Assembly (NCBI GenBank): GCA_964291415.2
Contig: OZ219917.1
Coordinates: 960,001 to 1,024,000 of the forward strand
DNA length: 64,000 nt
Direction of reading: 5' to 3'
Source of the DNA: Alphaproteobacteria bacterium
GTDB taxonomy: Bacteria > Pseudomonadota > Alphaproteobacteria > SP197
The notes under the pieces are model-generated. The model was given only the letters and a program-made list of their open reading frames with translations, had not been told where the DNA came from and did not search any database. How positions within the stretch are numbered: the stretch's first letter is position 1; every line of letters starts with the position of its first letter. This document shows positions 1-9,426 of this stretch, one piece after another. The position numbers were made by a program, and so were the translations under genes.

Positions 1-818
1 GCCTCGTGGTCATGTGTCCGGCAACAGAACTCGCTCTGGCCGACCCGCACCCTGCCGCTGTCGACGACGCGGGCGTCGAGCTGGTTCATCTCGCCGATGA
101 AGCCGGCGACGAACAGCGATGCAGGATCGCTGTAGACCGCCGTCGGCGAGCCGATCTGCTCGATGACGCCGTGGTTCATGACGACGATCCGGTCGGCCAT
201 CGAGAGCGCCTCTTCCTGATCGTGGGTCACCATGATCGTGGTCACGCCGAGCCTGCGCTGCAGGTCCTTGATCTCATGCCGCAGACGCACCCGCACCTTG
301 GCATCGAGCGCCGACAGGGGTTCGTCGAGCAGCAACAGACCGGGCGAGGTGGCGATCGCCCGGGCCAGCGCCACCCGTTGCTGCTGTCCGCCGGACAGCT
401 GGGCCGGATACTTGTCGCTCTGGTCGGGAAGCCCCACGGTCTCCAGCAGTTCCGCCACCCGTGTCCGGATCTCGCTCCTGGAGCGCCCCTGGTTCTCGAG
501 CCCGTAGGCAACGTTGCGGTAGACGGTGAGGTTCGGGAAGAGGGCGTAGGACTGGAAGACAATCCCGAAGTCCCGCTGCGAGGGCGGCAGGGCGGACACG
601 TCCCTGCCGTCCTGGATGACGGTGCCCCGTGTCTGCAGGTCGAGTCCGGCGATGGCTCTGAGCAACGTGGTCTTGCCACAGCCCGACGGCCCCAGGAAAC
701 AGACGAACTCGCCATCCATCACCTCGAGCGAGATGTCCTTCAGAGCCACGAAATCCCCGAAGGCCTTCCACAGTCCGGAGATCCTGAGGCTGACATCCGG
801 GGTGAGGGCGGGAGTCAT
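1..818 (-). CDS. ABC transporter ATP-binding protein, putative 2-aminoethylphosphonate importer (runs off the window edge)
   Basis: Manual translation from ATG 818: [21 protein letters not shown]...GPSGCGKT (Walker A)...[10 protein letters not shown]...[14 protein letters not shown]...LLLDEP. Missing from the ORF track because it is truncated at the edge; lies downstream of a PhnS2-like binding protein. Confidence 0.85.
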   Translation of the reverse strand, partial: MTPALTPDVSLRISGLWKAFGDFVALKDISLEVMDGEFVCFLGPSGCGKTTLLRAIAGLDLQTRGTVIQDGRDVSALPPSQRDFGIVFQSYALFPNLTVYRNVAYGLENQGRSRSEIRTRVAELLETVGLPDQSDKYPAQLSGGQQQRVALARAIATSPGLLLLDEPLSALDAKVRVRLRHEIKDLQRRLGVTTIMVTHDQEEALSMADRIVVMNHGVIEQIGSPTAVYSDPASLFVAGFIGEMNQLDARVVDSGRVRVGQSEFCCRTHDHE

Positions 819-843
819 GGGGCTGATCCCCTGCCGGAGCGCA

Positions 844-865
844 CGGGGCGGCTCGCGCCGCCCCG
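844..865 (-). other. Intercistronic stem-loop after the binding-protein gene
   Basis: cggggcggc-tcgc-gccgccccg, perfect 9-bp stem. Confidence 0.55.
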
Positions 866-883
866 CAGAACTTGGATCAAGCC

Positions 884-1906
884 CTAGCTCTTGGGCTCCG
901 ACTTGCCGTCGTACCGCGATTGCCATTCGGCGAGAATCGCGGCGCGATTGTTGGCGGCCCATTCGAAATCATTCTCGATCATGGCGTCGAGCAGACCTTC
1001 CGGGAAATGCTCGACCGGCTTGGCGACGCCGGGCATGGCGACCACCGCATAGCCGACGTTGTACATCTCCATCGCCTTGCGGGTCACGGCCCAGTCCAGC
1101 AGGGTCTGCGCGGCCTCGACATTGGCGGTTCCGGCGATGATGCCACCGGCTTCCATGTCCCAGCCCACGCCTTCGCTCGGAACGATGATCTCGAGCGGTG
1201 CGCCGGCGGCCTTCGACTTGGCGCCGCGGAAGGCGAAGGACACGCCGATCGGGATCTCGCCGGCAGCGGCCAGCTTGCAGGGCTTCGAGCCCGAATGGGT
1301 GTAGCGGGCGATGTTCTCGTGGAGGGCGTCCATGAAGGCCCAGCCCTCTTCCTCGCCGAACATCTGCAGCCAGCTCGAGACGTCGAGAAATCCGGTGCCC
1401 GACGAGTTCGGGTTCGGCATGATCACGTGGCCCTCGTACATCGGGTCCAGCAGGTCCTTCCAGGATCCTGGCGCGGTCAGGCCGTATTTCTCGCCCTCGA
1501 CGGTGTTGAAGCAGATCGACGCGACCCAGGCATCCTGGCCGACCCAGGCCGGCGGATCGTCATTGTCGACGAACTTGGGATCGAGCGCCTCCACGCCCAC
1601 CGGGGCGTAAGCCTCGAGCATGCCCTCGCTCTTGAGCAGCAGCAGCGACGTGGCGGCCAGTCCCCACACGACGTCGGCCTGCGGATTGTTCTTCTCGGCC
1701 AGCAGTTTCGCGGTGACGATTCCCGTGGAATCCCGCACCCAGTTGATGGTGATGTCGGGATGGTCCTCGTTGAAGGTATCGGCATAGCGCTTGAGGTCCT
1801 CGGCCTCGAAGGCGGTGTAGACGGTCAGTTCGGTCTGTGCGTTCGCCGCCGTCCAGAACAGCGCAGCCGCGGCGGCCGCGACTGCCAGTGGTGCTTTACG
1901 TAGCAT
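884..1906 (-). CDS. ABC substrate-binding protein, putative 2-aminoethylphosphonate (PhnS2-like)
   Basis: Signal peptide; LTVYTA...[30 protein letters not shown] and [10 protein letters not shown] motifs; GAGGAG RBS. Confidence 0.8.
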   Translation of the reverse strand: MLRKAPLAVAAAAAALFWTAANAQTELTVYTAFEAEDLKRYADTFNEDHPDITINWVRDSTGIVTAKLLAEKNNPQADVVWGLAATSLLLLKSEGMLEAYAPVGVEALDPKFVDNDDPPAWVGQDAWVASICFNTVEGEKYGLTAPGSWKDLLDPMYEGHVIMPNPNSSGTGFLDVSSWLQMFGEEEGWAFMDALHENIARYTHSGSKPCKLAAAGEIPIGVSFAFRGAKSKAAGAPLEIIVPSEGVGWDMEAGGIIAGTANVEAAQTLLDWAVTRKAMEMYNVGYAVVAMPGVAKPVEHFPEGLLDAMIENDFEWAANNRAAILAEWQSRYDGKSEPKS

Positions 1907-2013
1907 GATTGGATCTCCTCAGTGTGACATGAGCCAGAATAGGAGACGGACAAAAAAAAGATAGTACGGGTGATCTTCGTCTCCTCCACCGGAGTGACCT
2001 GTAGACCGGGATT

Positions 2014-2031
2014 GTGACGGCCCGATGACAC
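2014..2031 (-). promoter_or_regulatory. Putative Pho box (PhoB site)
   Basis: Minus strand GTGTCAT-cggg-CCGTCAC, two heptamers at 11-bp period resembling CTGTCAT-N4-CTGTCAC, upstream of a phosphonate-type transporter. Confidence 0.55.
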
Positions 2032-2554
2032 AATGCACAATTCCCGGACCCTCTGCGCCAGCCGGGGCGATCGCGGGATCAGGCGGCCCGGGCGTCACCG
2101 GCAACGCCCGCCGCTTGCTGAGGGCCCCCGCGGCGAGACCACGCCCAACGCGACGTCCTCGTCAGGATGCGTCGCCTTGTCCCGGTTTCTGATGCCGTGG
2201 CAGATTCGGCCGGCAACCCTCTGAATGCCGCGGGCGATCAAGCACGAGGACTGCCTGTTGCGGGAGACGCCGGACCATGTCCCGGCCCTGGCGAGGGGCG
2301 CCGACTACGAAATCGATCCAGAGGATCTGTCCGACATGGACATGGTGCACGCGCCGCGGTCTGGACTGACGCAAAGGGCCTTCGACGAGTGAGTCATCCC
2401 TGCCGACAGCCGCGAGAATCTCCTGCGCGGCCAGGCCTTCGAACCGCTCGTTCCCGATGGAATGGCAGGTTGAGAACGGGCTCTTCAGCACAAAATGACG
2501 TTGAGTCAGGATGTTGGGCCGTGTGTGACCGGTTGTGGCCTGATGAGGTTCCGT

Positions 2555-4225
2555 CTACGGATGGGGGAAGACCCACTGCGGCTCCCTGCCGCTGGAGATG
2601 TCACCGGGAAGCGGTGCTCCCTGGTACAGGGTCACGCGGGTCCAGAGGTCGGACTTGGGATCGAAGCCGTTGGCGCCGAAGAAGGCGAGCTTGAAGCGCA
2701 GGATATCGAGCGGCCGCCGGTCGGCCGCCAGCAGATTGTCGCGAATCTCCGCATAGGGAAGGCGGGCGAGGTGCTGGACGCGGCGCACCGTGCTTCGCCA
2801 TTCCGGCGCCGCGATGAGAAAGTCGGCGACGCATTCCCGGCGATCGTGATCCAGGAGCCTTGCTTTCAGCATGGCGACATCGCGTCCGATGGCCACGGCC
2901 ATTTCCTTGTCGGCGCCGGGCTCGGCGTAGCGATCCCCCACCCGCGGTTCCAGCTTTTCCTGCGAGTAGTACCAGAAGCGCTGGCGGGACTCCCGGGCGG
3001 CATGATCGATGGCGAGAGCCCAGCCGTAGTTCTCGTCGATGAGGTCGATGAGATCCCCGACCGGCATGGCCGGTCTCACGGCCGGCAGGCCGCCGGAACT
3101 CATGGACTCGCACAGCCCGTCGACCAGCGCTCCCTGGTGCTCGAGCAACAGGGCCACCGTCATCTCCTGGCCTTCAAGGGAAAATCGTCGCGACGCAAGG
3201 CGCCAGAGGGCATCCCAGGGCCGTTCGCCGTCGAGCCCATCGTTGCACCAGGAATCGAGGTATGCGAGGTCCTGGCCGAGTCTCGAGATGCGTGCCGACT
3301 GCACCGGATCATCGACAGTCCAGGCAGCAACGTGGCGCCGCGCGTCGTCCAGAAGATCGCGGAACTCCGCGATGACGTCGGGGGTGGCCCGTTCCACCTC
3401 CCGCACGCGCAGGAGGGCGCATTCGCGCGCCGTGACCCAGCTGTTGATCAACAGGGGGTGCTTGACGAGAAAGGGCGCCATGCCGAGGCCCGTGGCATTG
3501 CCGATACCGAGCGTCCTGGCAAGATCCTCCGAGAGTTCCGCAGCCCGGTGCCCTGACCGTTGCCGGGCCATGTGATTGACGAGATCGACACTCATCCAGC
3601 GGATGAGATAGACGGCCAGAAGTTCGGCCTGGAAGGGAGCCTCCAACTCCTCCCGTCCGGCGATCCGGCCGCGGTCGGCGCAGCCGAACTTGCCGCTTCC
3701 GTAGACCGCGGTCGTGCGCATCAGGTAGCCCACGTCCGATATCAGATCGCGACAGGGCTGCCGGCCACCGGCCAGGCTCTCCACAACGTGATCGAAGATC
3801 CTGCCGCTCCTGTTGGCCCGCGCCAGGACCAGTTCACTGGCCCGGAATCGCCCCGCCTCCTGGCGGGGCGTGTTCCTTGCGAGGCGTTCGATGTCTGCTG
3901 TGCCGGGGACACCGTCGAAGAGCGAGAATGTCGTGTCCCAGATGTCGGCGATGACCCGGTCGGTTCTCTCCTGTGGGTCGATGACTCCCGAAAATCCCAC
4001 CAGGCTGTAAGTCCGGCGGGGACCGTGCACAACGTGGAGCGTGCGGCCGACTCCGTTGCGATCAAGATCGAGGCGCACTCTCTCGAAACGCCAGCGTTCC
4101 CGGGTCATGCGGCGGACCAGCTGGCGCATGAAACTCAGCCGCGTGGGAAAGGATGATCCCATGCGTTCAAGGCGCATGACCTCGTCCGGGGGGCGAAGTT
4201 GCGGAGTGTCAACAACCGCCGTCAT
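2555..4225 (-). CDS. Hypothetical protein, 556 aa, unknown function
   Basis: Long ORF with protein-like composition; its ATG overlaps the upstream monooxygenase stop (ATGA); motifs YLMRTTAVYGSGKFG, GIGNATGLGMAPFL, WYYSQEKLEPR. Confidence 0.75.
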   Translation of the reverse strand: MTAVVDTPQLRPPDEVMRLERMGSSFPTRLSFMRQLVRRMTRERWRFERVRLDLDRNGVGRTLHVVHGPRRTYSLVGFSGVIDPQERTDRVIADIWDTTFSLFDGVPGTADIERLARNTPRQEAGRFRASELVLARANRSGRIFDHVVESLAGGRQPCRDLISDVGYLMRTTAVYGSGKFGCADRGRIAGREELEAPFQAELLAVYLIRWMSVDLVNHMARQRSGHRAAELSEDLARTLGIGNATGLGMAPFLVKHPLLINSWVTARECALLRVREVERATPDVIAEFRDLLDDARRHVAAWTVDDPVQSARISRLGQDLAYLDSWCNDGLDGERPWDALWRLASRRFSLEGQEMTVALLLEHQGALVDGLCESMSSGGLPAVRPAMPVGDLIDLIDENYGWALAIDHAARESRQRFWYYSQEKLEPRVGDRYAEPGADKEMAVAIGRDVAMLKARLLDHDRRECVADFLIAAPEWRSTVRRVQHLARLPYAEIRDNLLAADRRPLDILRFKLAFFGANGFDPKSDLWTRVTLYQGAPLPGDISSGREPQWVFPHP

Positions 4226-5697
4226 CGTGTGCCGGTGAGTTCGAGAGCTCCGTCCTCGATGGGCGAGCGTTTCACCAGGCGGACGTCAAGGGCGTAGTCC
4301 TGGGTGTTGCGCCACGGATCGCGGTCCCCCTGCCGGGGCAGGAAGTCGAGGGCGCGGAGAACGTAGCCTGCCGGAAAGTCGTCGATCCACGGGCGGGGCG
4401 TCATGTTCCGGCACTCATCGCCCAGCCGGGGTGTGGCCTGCCGCGCGCCTTTCCTGTCCATGGTGTTGATCAGGCGGCAGACCCATGCGGCCGTCAGATC
4501 GGCGCGCAGGGTCCAGCTGGCATTGATGTAGCCGAATGTCTGGACGAGATTGGGGACGTCCGAGAGCATCATGCCCTTGTAGGACCAGTGTTCCGGGGGA
4601 TGCACGGTTGAGCCGTCAACGGAAAGCCGGATGCCGTTGAGAATCTTCAGCCTCAGGCCCGTGGCAACGACGATGATGTCGGCGTCCACGGTCTCGCCGC
4701 CGGCAAGCTCCAGGCCTTCATGCGTGAACCGCGCGATCGTGTCGGTCCGGACGGATGCCTGTCCGCTGTTGATGGCGTGGTAGAGATCGTCGTCCGGAAT
4801 GAGACACAGACGCTGGTCCCAGGGACCATAGCGGGGAACGAAGTGTTTTCTGACGTCTATGTCCGGCTTGAGTGCCCGGCGTACGAGACCGACGAGTTCG
4901 GCCTTCACCTTGTCCGGCTCGGTCCGGGTCCGGCGATAGAACTCGACATCCCGCCTGACGTTCCGCCACCGCGTGATGGCATAGGCCAGGCGGTCCGGCA
5001 GGAACCTGGCGAGGAGATTGGCGATCCTGTCCTCGCTCGGCCAGGAAACGACGTATGTCGGGGAACGCTGGACCATGACGACGTGCGCGGCCCCGGCCAT
5101 CGCCAGTGCCGGCACCAGGGTCATGGCCGTGGCGCCGGAACCGATGACGGCGAACCGCTTGCCCCGGCAATCCAGGTCTTCGGGCCAGAACTGCGGATGC
5201 ACGATGGTGCCGGAAAACCGGCCCTCGCCTTCCCAGGTCGGCCGGTAGGGGTCCTCGTAGTCGTAGTAGCCACCGCACAGCAGAAGCATGTTGCAGGCCA
5301 GGCGAACCGTCGTGCCCTCATGTTCCGCCTCGACGGTCCAGAGGGCTTCGCTGCTCGACCACGATGCCGCCGTCACGCGATGGCCGAAGCGGACATGGCG
5401 GCGGATATCGAACTCGTCCGCCGTCTCGTTGATGTAGGAGAGGATCGAAGGACCATCAGCGATGGCCCGGGCTTCCAGCCACGGCTTGAAGGCGTAGCCC
5501 AGCGTGTGCATGTCGCTGTCGGAACGCACGCCCGGATAGCGGAAGAGATCCCACGTGCCACCGATGGTCCCACGGCTTTCGAGAATGGTGAAGCTCTTCG
5601 ACGGACAGTGGCGCATGAGGTGCCATGCACTGCCGATTCCGGAAATCCCGGCGCCGACAATGACGACATCGATCTGTTCCATGGATTCGTCCCGCAT
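4222..5697 (-). CDS. Flavin-containing monooxygenase, EthA-like Baeyer-Villiger type
   Basis: GAGISG, GGTWDLFRYPGVRSDSD, FSGTIVHPQFWPED fingerprint, GSGATA, PWDQRLC; start may be 5682. Confidence 0.85.
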   Translation of the reverse strand: MRDESMEQIDVVIVGAGISGIGSAWHLMRHCPSKSFTILESRGTIGGTWDLFRYPGVRSDSDMHTLGYAFKPWLEARAIADGPSILSYINETADEFDIRRHVRFGHRVTAASWSSSEALWTVEAEHEGTTVRLACNMLLLCGGYYDYEDPYRPTWEGEGRFSGTIVHPQFWPEDLDCRGKRFAVIGSGATAMTLVPALAMAGAAHVVMVQRSPTYVVSWPSEDRIANLLARFLPDRLAYAITRWRNVRRDVEFYRRTRTEPDKVKAELVGLVRRALKPDIDVRKHFVPRYGPWDQRLCLIPDDDLYHAINSGQASVRTDTIARFTHEGLELAGGETVDADIIVVATGLRLKILNGIRLSVDGSTVHPPEHWSYKGMMLSDVPNLVQTFGYINASWTLRADLTAAWVCRLINTMDRKGARQATPRLGDECRNMTPRPWIDDFPAGYVLRALDFLPRQGDRDPWRNTQDYALDVRLVKRSPIEDGALELTGTR

Positions 5698-5771
5698 GAT
5701 GCGCCAAGTGTAGAGGGTGCGCCCCAGTGAACAAACACGGGCTGGAACGTATCACCGTCCTCCGGCGGATA

Positions 5772-6698
5772 TCACCGCGTCAGGGCCCGGGAGACAGCGC
5801 GGCCACACGCGGCAAGCGCTGCGTCGGCCTCTTCGCGCACCACTCCGCGCAAGAGAAGAAAGCCGTGGATCATGTCCTCGTATTCGACGAGTTCGACGGG
5901 AACGCCCGCCGCCTCGAGTTTGCCTGCGTAGGCCACTCCTTCGTCGCGCAATGGGTCGAAACCGCAGACCATGATTGTGGCGGGTGGCTGATCCGAAAAG
6001 TCGATGGCCCTCAGAGGAGAGCATAACGGATTGTTGAAGTCTGCTTCGTTACGGGTATAGGACGCGACATAGAATGGCATGAGGTCAAGAAAGAACCCCT
6101 TCGAGTAGAGGCGGGAGGACTCGGTATCGGCCTTCATGTCGACATTGGGATAGAGAAGCAGCTGGTGACGGAAGCAGGGCCCTTGTCGTTTTCTCGCGAG
6201 ACGGATCACGCCGGCGGAGAAATTGCCGCCGGCGCTGTCTCCGCCTATGCCGAGCCTCTCGTCATCGACGCCGAAATCGGCGGAGCGCGAAACGATCCGG
6301 CACGCTGCGGCGTAGCAGTCCTCGAGGGGCTCGGGGAACTTCGCTTCAGGCGAAAGCCGGTATTCGACGGAAAAGACCACCGCGCCGGAGTTTGAGGCCA
6401 GGAGGCGGCAGATTGAATCGTGGGTCCCGATCGACCCTCTGACATAGCCGCCGCCATGAAGAAAGATTAGGGCAGGGCGCTGATCCCCCGGCGCCGGCTC
6501 GTAGACACGGACCGGTATCATCCCGGTTCCGCCTGTCAGGAAGACGTCCGTTGTACGCCAGATGTCGGGCCTGGCGGCATCGAGCGCGGCGAGTTCCCTG
6601 CGTAGCGCTTCGCGCGATGCCGGCAGATCCCCCAGGAGCGAATCGGCCTCGCCGGAAGCTGTTTCGAGAAACTTCGCGAGATTGGGATGCAGCGCCAT
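5772..6698 (-). CDS. Alpha/beta hydrolase, HSL-family esterase
   Basis: HGGG oxyanion motif, GDSAG nucleophile, DPLRDE, HGF. Confidence 0.9.
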   Translation of the reverse strand: MALHPNLAKFLETASGEADSLLGDLPASREALRRELAALDAARPDIWRTTDVFLTGGTGMIPVRVYEPAPGDQRPALIFLHGGGYVRGSIGTHDSICRLLASNSGAVVFSVEYRLSPEAKFPEPLEDCYAAACRIVSRSADFGVDDERLGIGGDSAGGNFSAGVIRLARKRQGPCFRHQLLLYPNVDMKADTESSRLYSKGFFLDLMPFYVASYTRNEADFNNPLCSPLRAIDFSDQPPATIMVCGFDPLRDEGVAYAGKLEAAGVPVELVEYEDMIHGFLLLRGVVREEADAALAACGRAVSRALTR

Positions 6699-6732
6699 GC
6701 GGCCTCCGGTTGCACTCGCTCCAGGGATCCGA

Positions 6733-8385
6733 TCAGCTCAGGCTGAATCCGGTATAGCCGTTCTCCATGACATTGCGGCAGATATCGGAATAGTTCTTGT
6801 GTCCAGCGATGAATGCCAGGAAGCGGCGTGGCTTGCCCGATACATTTGCGCCTATCCACCAGGAATCGGCCTGCGGGTAGAGCGTGTCCTCGACGAGTTC
6901 CGCTACCCCGCTCGTCCAGTTCTCCTGGGCATGCCGGTCGGCCTCGATGCGCCTGTGGTTCCTCTGGCGCATGTAACCGATGCAGTTCGCGATCCATTCG
7001 ACATGCAGTTCGAACGAGACGAACATGTTCGTGAAGACGGAAGGGCTCCCCGGTCCGGTGATGGTGAAGAGATTGGGGAATCCGGACATGGCGAGTCCCA
7101 GGTAGGTAGACGCTCCGTCCCTCCACTCATCTGCCAGTTTCCTTCCGTCGCGGCCGGTGATTCCGGCCGCCAGCAGGGCGCCGGTCATTGCATCGAATCC
7201 GGTGGCGACGATCACGATGTCGAAGGCGTATTCTCTGTCACCTGCAACAAGCCCCTCGTCCGTGAACTCCCTGATAGGAGTCTTCCTGGTGTCCACCAAG
7301 TGGACATTGGGCCGGTTATAGATCTCGTAGTATCCGGTATCCACGCAGGTGCGCTTCGTTCCGATCGGGAAATGCATCGAACACAGTGTGTCGGCCGTCT
7401 CCGGATCCTGTACGATCGAGCGTATCTTGTTCCGGACGAACTCCGCGATCTCGAGATTCGTTTCGGCGCTCAGCGTGGTATCGGAGAACGCCATGTTGAA
7501 GAGAAGGCCGCCGTGGTTCCACCGGGACTCGAGCTGCGCGCGGCGGTCCTCGGCCGAAAGGTTGCAGCCTTTCCGGAAGGTCGCCGGATTGGTGTCGAGG
7601 ATGATGCCCATGAAGGACTGCCTGCACTGCGCCATCAGGTCCTCGAAATTCTCCCTGAACTCGGCACGGTCCGCGTCCGTCAACGGTCTGTTCCACGCCG
7701 GAATGCTGTAGTGCGCGCCACGCTGGAACACGTGGAGGCTCCCGGCCACTGGTGAGACGGCTGTCGCCGCCTGTATTCCCGACGCACCCGAACCGATGAT
7801 GGCGACCCGTTTGCCTTCGAAGGAGACATCGTGATGCGGCCAAAGGCCTGTATGGTACATTTCTCCCCGAAAACGCTCCTCGCCCTTGAAGTGCGGCTTT
7901 TTCGGTACCGAGAGAGGACCGGTCGCCATGACGACGAACTGCGTAAGGACGGTTTCGCCGGTTGCGGTTTCCAGGTGCCAGAGATTGTCGGAATCGATGA
8001 AATCGACGGAATTGATCCTCGAGTTGAAGCGGATGAAGGGGCGCAGTCCATAGCGCTCGCAGACGTGTCGGGCATACTCCAGAATCTCGGGTTGGGCGGC
8101 GTACCGTTCGGTCCAGTCCCAGTCCTCGGCGAGCGTCCGGTCGAAGGAATAGGAGTAGAAGAGGCTTTCGACATCGCACCTGGCGCCCGGGTAACGGTTC
8201 CAGTACCACGTTCCGCCGACATCATCTCCGGTCTCGAACACGACGGCCTCAAGACCCATCCGGCGCGCCCTGTAGAGCATGTAGAGGCCCGAAAATCCGG
8301 CACCGACGATGGCGACATCGAAGGTCTCGAGCGACCCGGCTTTGGTCCCGTTCTTGCGATTCAGGTCACCCTCCCGTCTCGTCAA
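6733..8385 (-). CDS. Type I Baeyer-Villiger monooxygenase (cyclohexanone/phenylacetone monooxygenase family)
   Basis: GAGFSG, GGTWYWNRYPGARCD, FRGEMYHTGLWP (FxGxxxHxxxW), GSGASG, ATGFDA; exact start uncertain. Confidence 0.9.
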   Translation of the reverse strand: MTRREGDLNRKNGTKAGSLETFDVAIVGAGFSGLYMLYRARRMGLEAVVFETGDDVGGTWYWNRYPGARCDVESLFYSYSFDRTLAEDWDWTERYAAQPEILEYARHVCERYGLRPFIRFNSRINSVDFIDSDNLWHLETATGETVLTQFVVMATGPLSVPKKPHFKGEERFRGEMYHTGLWPHHDVSFEGKRVAIIGSGASGIQAATAVSPVAGSLHVFQRGAHYSIPAWNRPLTDADRAEFRENFEDLMAQCRQSFMGIILDTNPATFRKGCNLSAEDRRAQLESRWNHGGLLFNMAFSDTTLSAETNLEIAEFVRNKIRSIVQDPETADTLCSMHFPIGTKRTCVDTGYYEIYNRPNVHLVDTRKTPIREFTDEGLVAGDREYAFDIVIVATGFDAMTGALLAAGITGRDGRKLADEWRDGASTYLGLAMSGFPNLFTITGPGSPSVFTNMFVSFELHVEWIANCIGYMRQRNHRRIEADRHAQENWTSGVAELVEDTLYPQADSWWIGANVSGKPRRFLAFIAGHKNYSDICRNVMENGYTGFSLS

Positions 8386-9421
8386 ACCGGTCGATGATGG
8401 TGATCCCCGAATCCCGGAATGCGCTCATGCGTGGAAGGAACCGCGGCACCTTGTCGAGCGGTATCCTCCGGGCGATGGTCCGTTCGGGTTGCAGCCGGTT
8501 CTGCTCGATCATTCTGATAAGCTTCGGGTAGAGGTGGGGCGGCATGCAATAGCTCCCTACGACCTCGAGTTCGTTCCGGACCACCGCGCCCATTGGGATC
8601 GCGGCATGGTAGTCGTCTTCGAGCATGAGTCCGATCTGGACATGCCTTCCCTGTTTCCTAAGGCAGTTGATGGAATTGCGGCAGGTGAGGGTACTGCCAA
8701 GAGCGTCGACCGAAACGTGTGCGCCTCCCGACGTCAGTTCCCTGATGGCACCGGCAATGTCTGATTCGCTTCTTGCGTTCAGGGTTGCCGATGCGCCCGC
8801 TGATCGCGCAAGGGCCAGTTTCTCGTCAGTGATGTCGACCGCGATGGCGCTCGCGCCGAGTGCATCGGCGATCATGATCGCAGCAAGACCGATGCCACCT
8901 GCTCCATGGACAGCGACCCAGTCGCCCGGCTGCACATTCGCTCGCACGCCGATGGCGCGAAAGGACGTGGAAAACCGACAACCCAGTCCCGCGGCCACCT
9001 CGAACGAAATCGTTTCGGGCACATGGACAAGATTGAAGTCGGCCCGGTCGATGGAAACATACTCCGCATGGCAACCCCACCGGCGAAAGCCCGGCTGAAA
9101 CTGGTCGTCGCAAAGATGGTGGTTGCCGCGGGCGCAGGAAGCGCAGACTCCACAGACCCCCATCGGCGGCATGGTGACGCGATCGCCGGTCTTCCAGTGG
9201 TCGACATCCGCTCCGGTCTCGCAGATGATTCCCGCGAACTCGTGGCCGGGAACATGGGGCAGCCTGACATCGGGATCGTGGCCTGACCAGGCATGCCAGT
9301 CGCTCCGGCACAGCCCGCTTGCCTTGACCTTCACGATCACGCCGTCCCGCGCAGGTTCGGGATCGGGAACGTTCCTGACCGTGAGCGGTCCGCCGAAGGT
9401 CTCGTATACCGCCGCACGCAT
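8366..9421 (-). CDS. Zinc-dependent alcohol dehydrogenase (MDR family)
   Basis: CRSD, GHE, CGVCASC-x7-C structural Zn site, GAGGIG. Confidence 0.9.
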   Translation of the reverse strand: MRAAVYETFGGPLTVRNVPDPEPARDGVIVKVKASGLCRSDWHAWSGHDPDVRLPHVPGHEFAGIICETGADVDHWKTGDRVTMPPMGVCGVCASCARGNHHLCDDQFQPGFRRWGCHAEYVSIDRADFNLVHVPETISFEVAAGLGCRFSTSFRAIGVRANVQPGDWVAVHGAGGIGLAAIMIADALGASAIAVDITDEKLALARSAGASATLNARSESDIAGAIRELTSGGAHVSVDALGSTLTCRNSINCLRKQGRHVQIGLMLEDDYHAAIPMGAVVRNELEVVGSYCMPPHLYPKLIRMIEQNRLQPERTIARRIPLDKVPRFLPRMSAFRDSGITIIDRFDETGG

Positions 9422-9426
9422 TGTTC

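Noticed and set aside
2540-2575. CTGATGAG followed by a small hairpin, resembling a hammerhead ribozyme core
   Set aside because: No GAAA after stem II and no flanking stems I/III; the hairpin overlaps a gene end.
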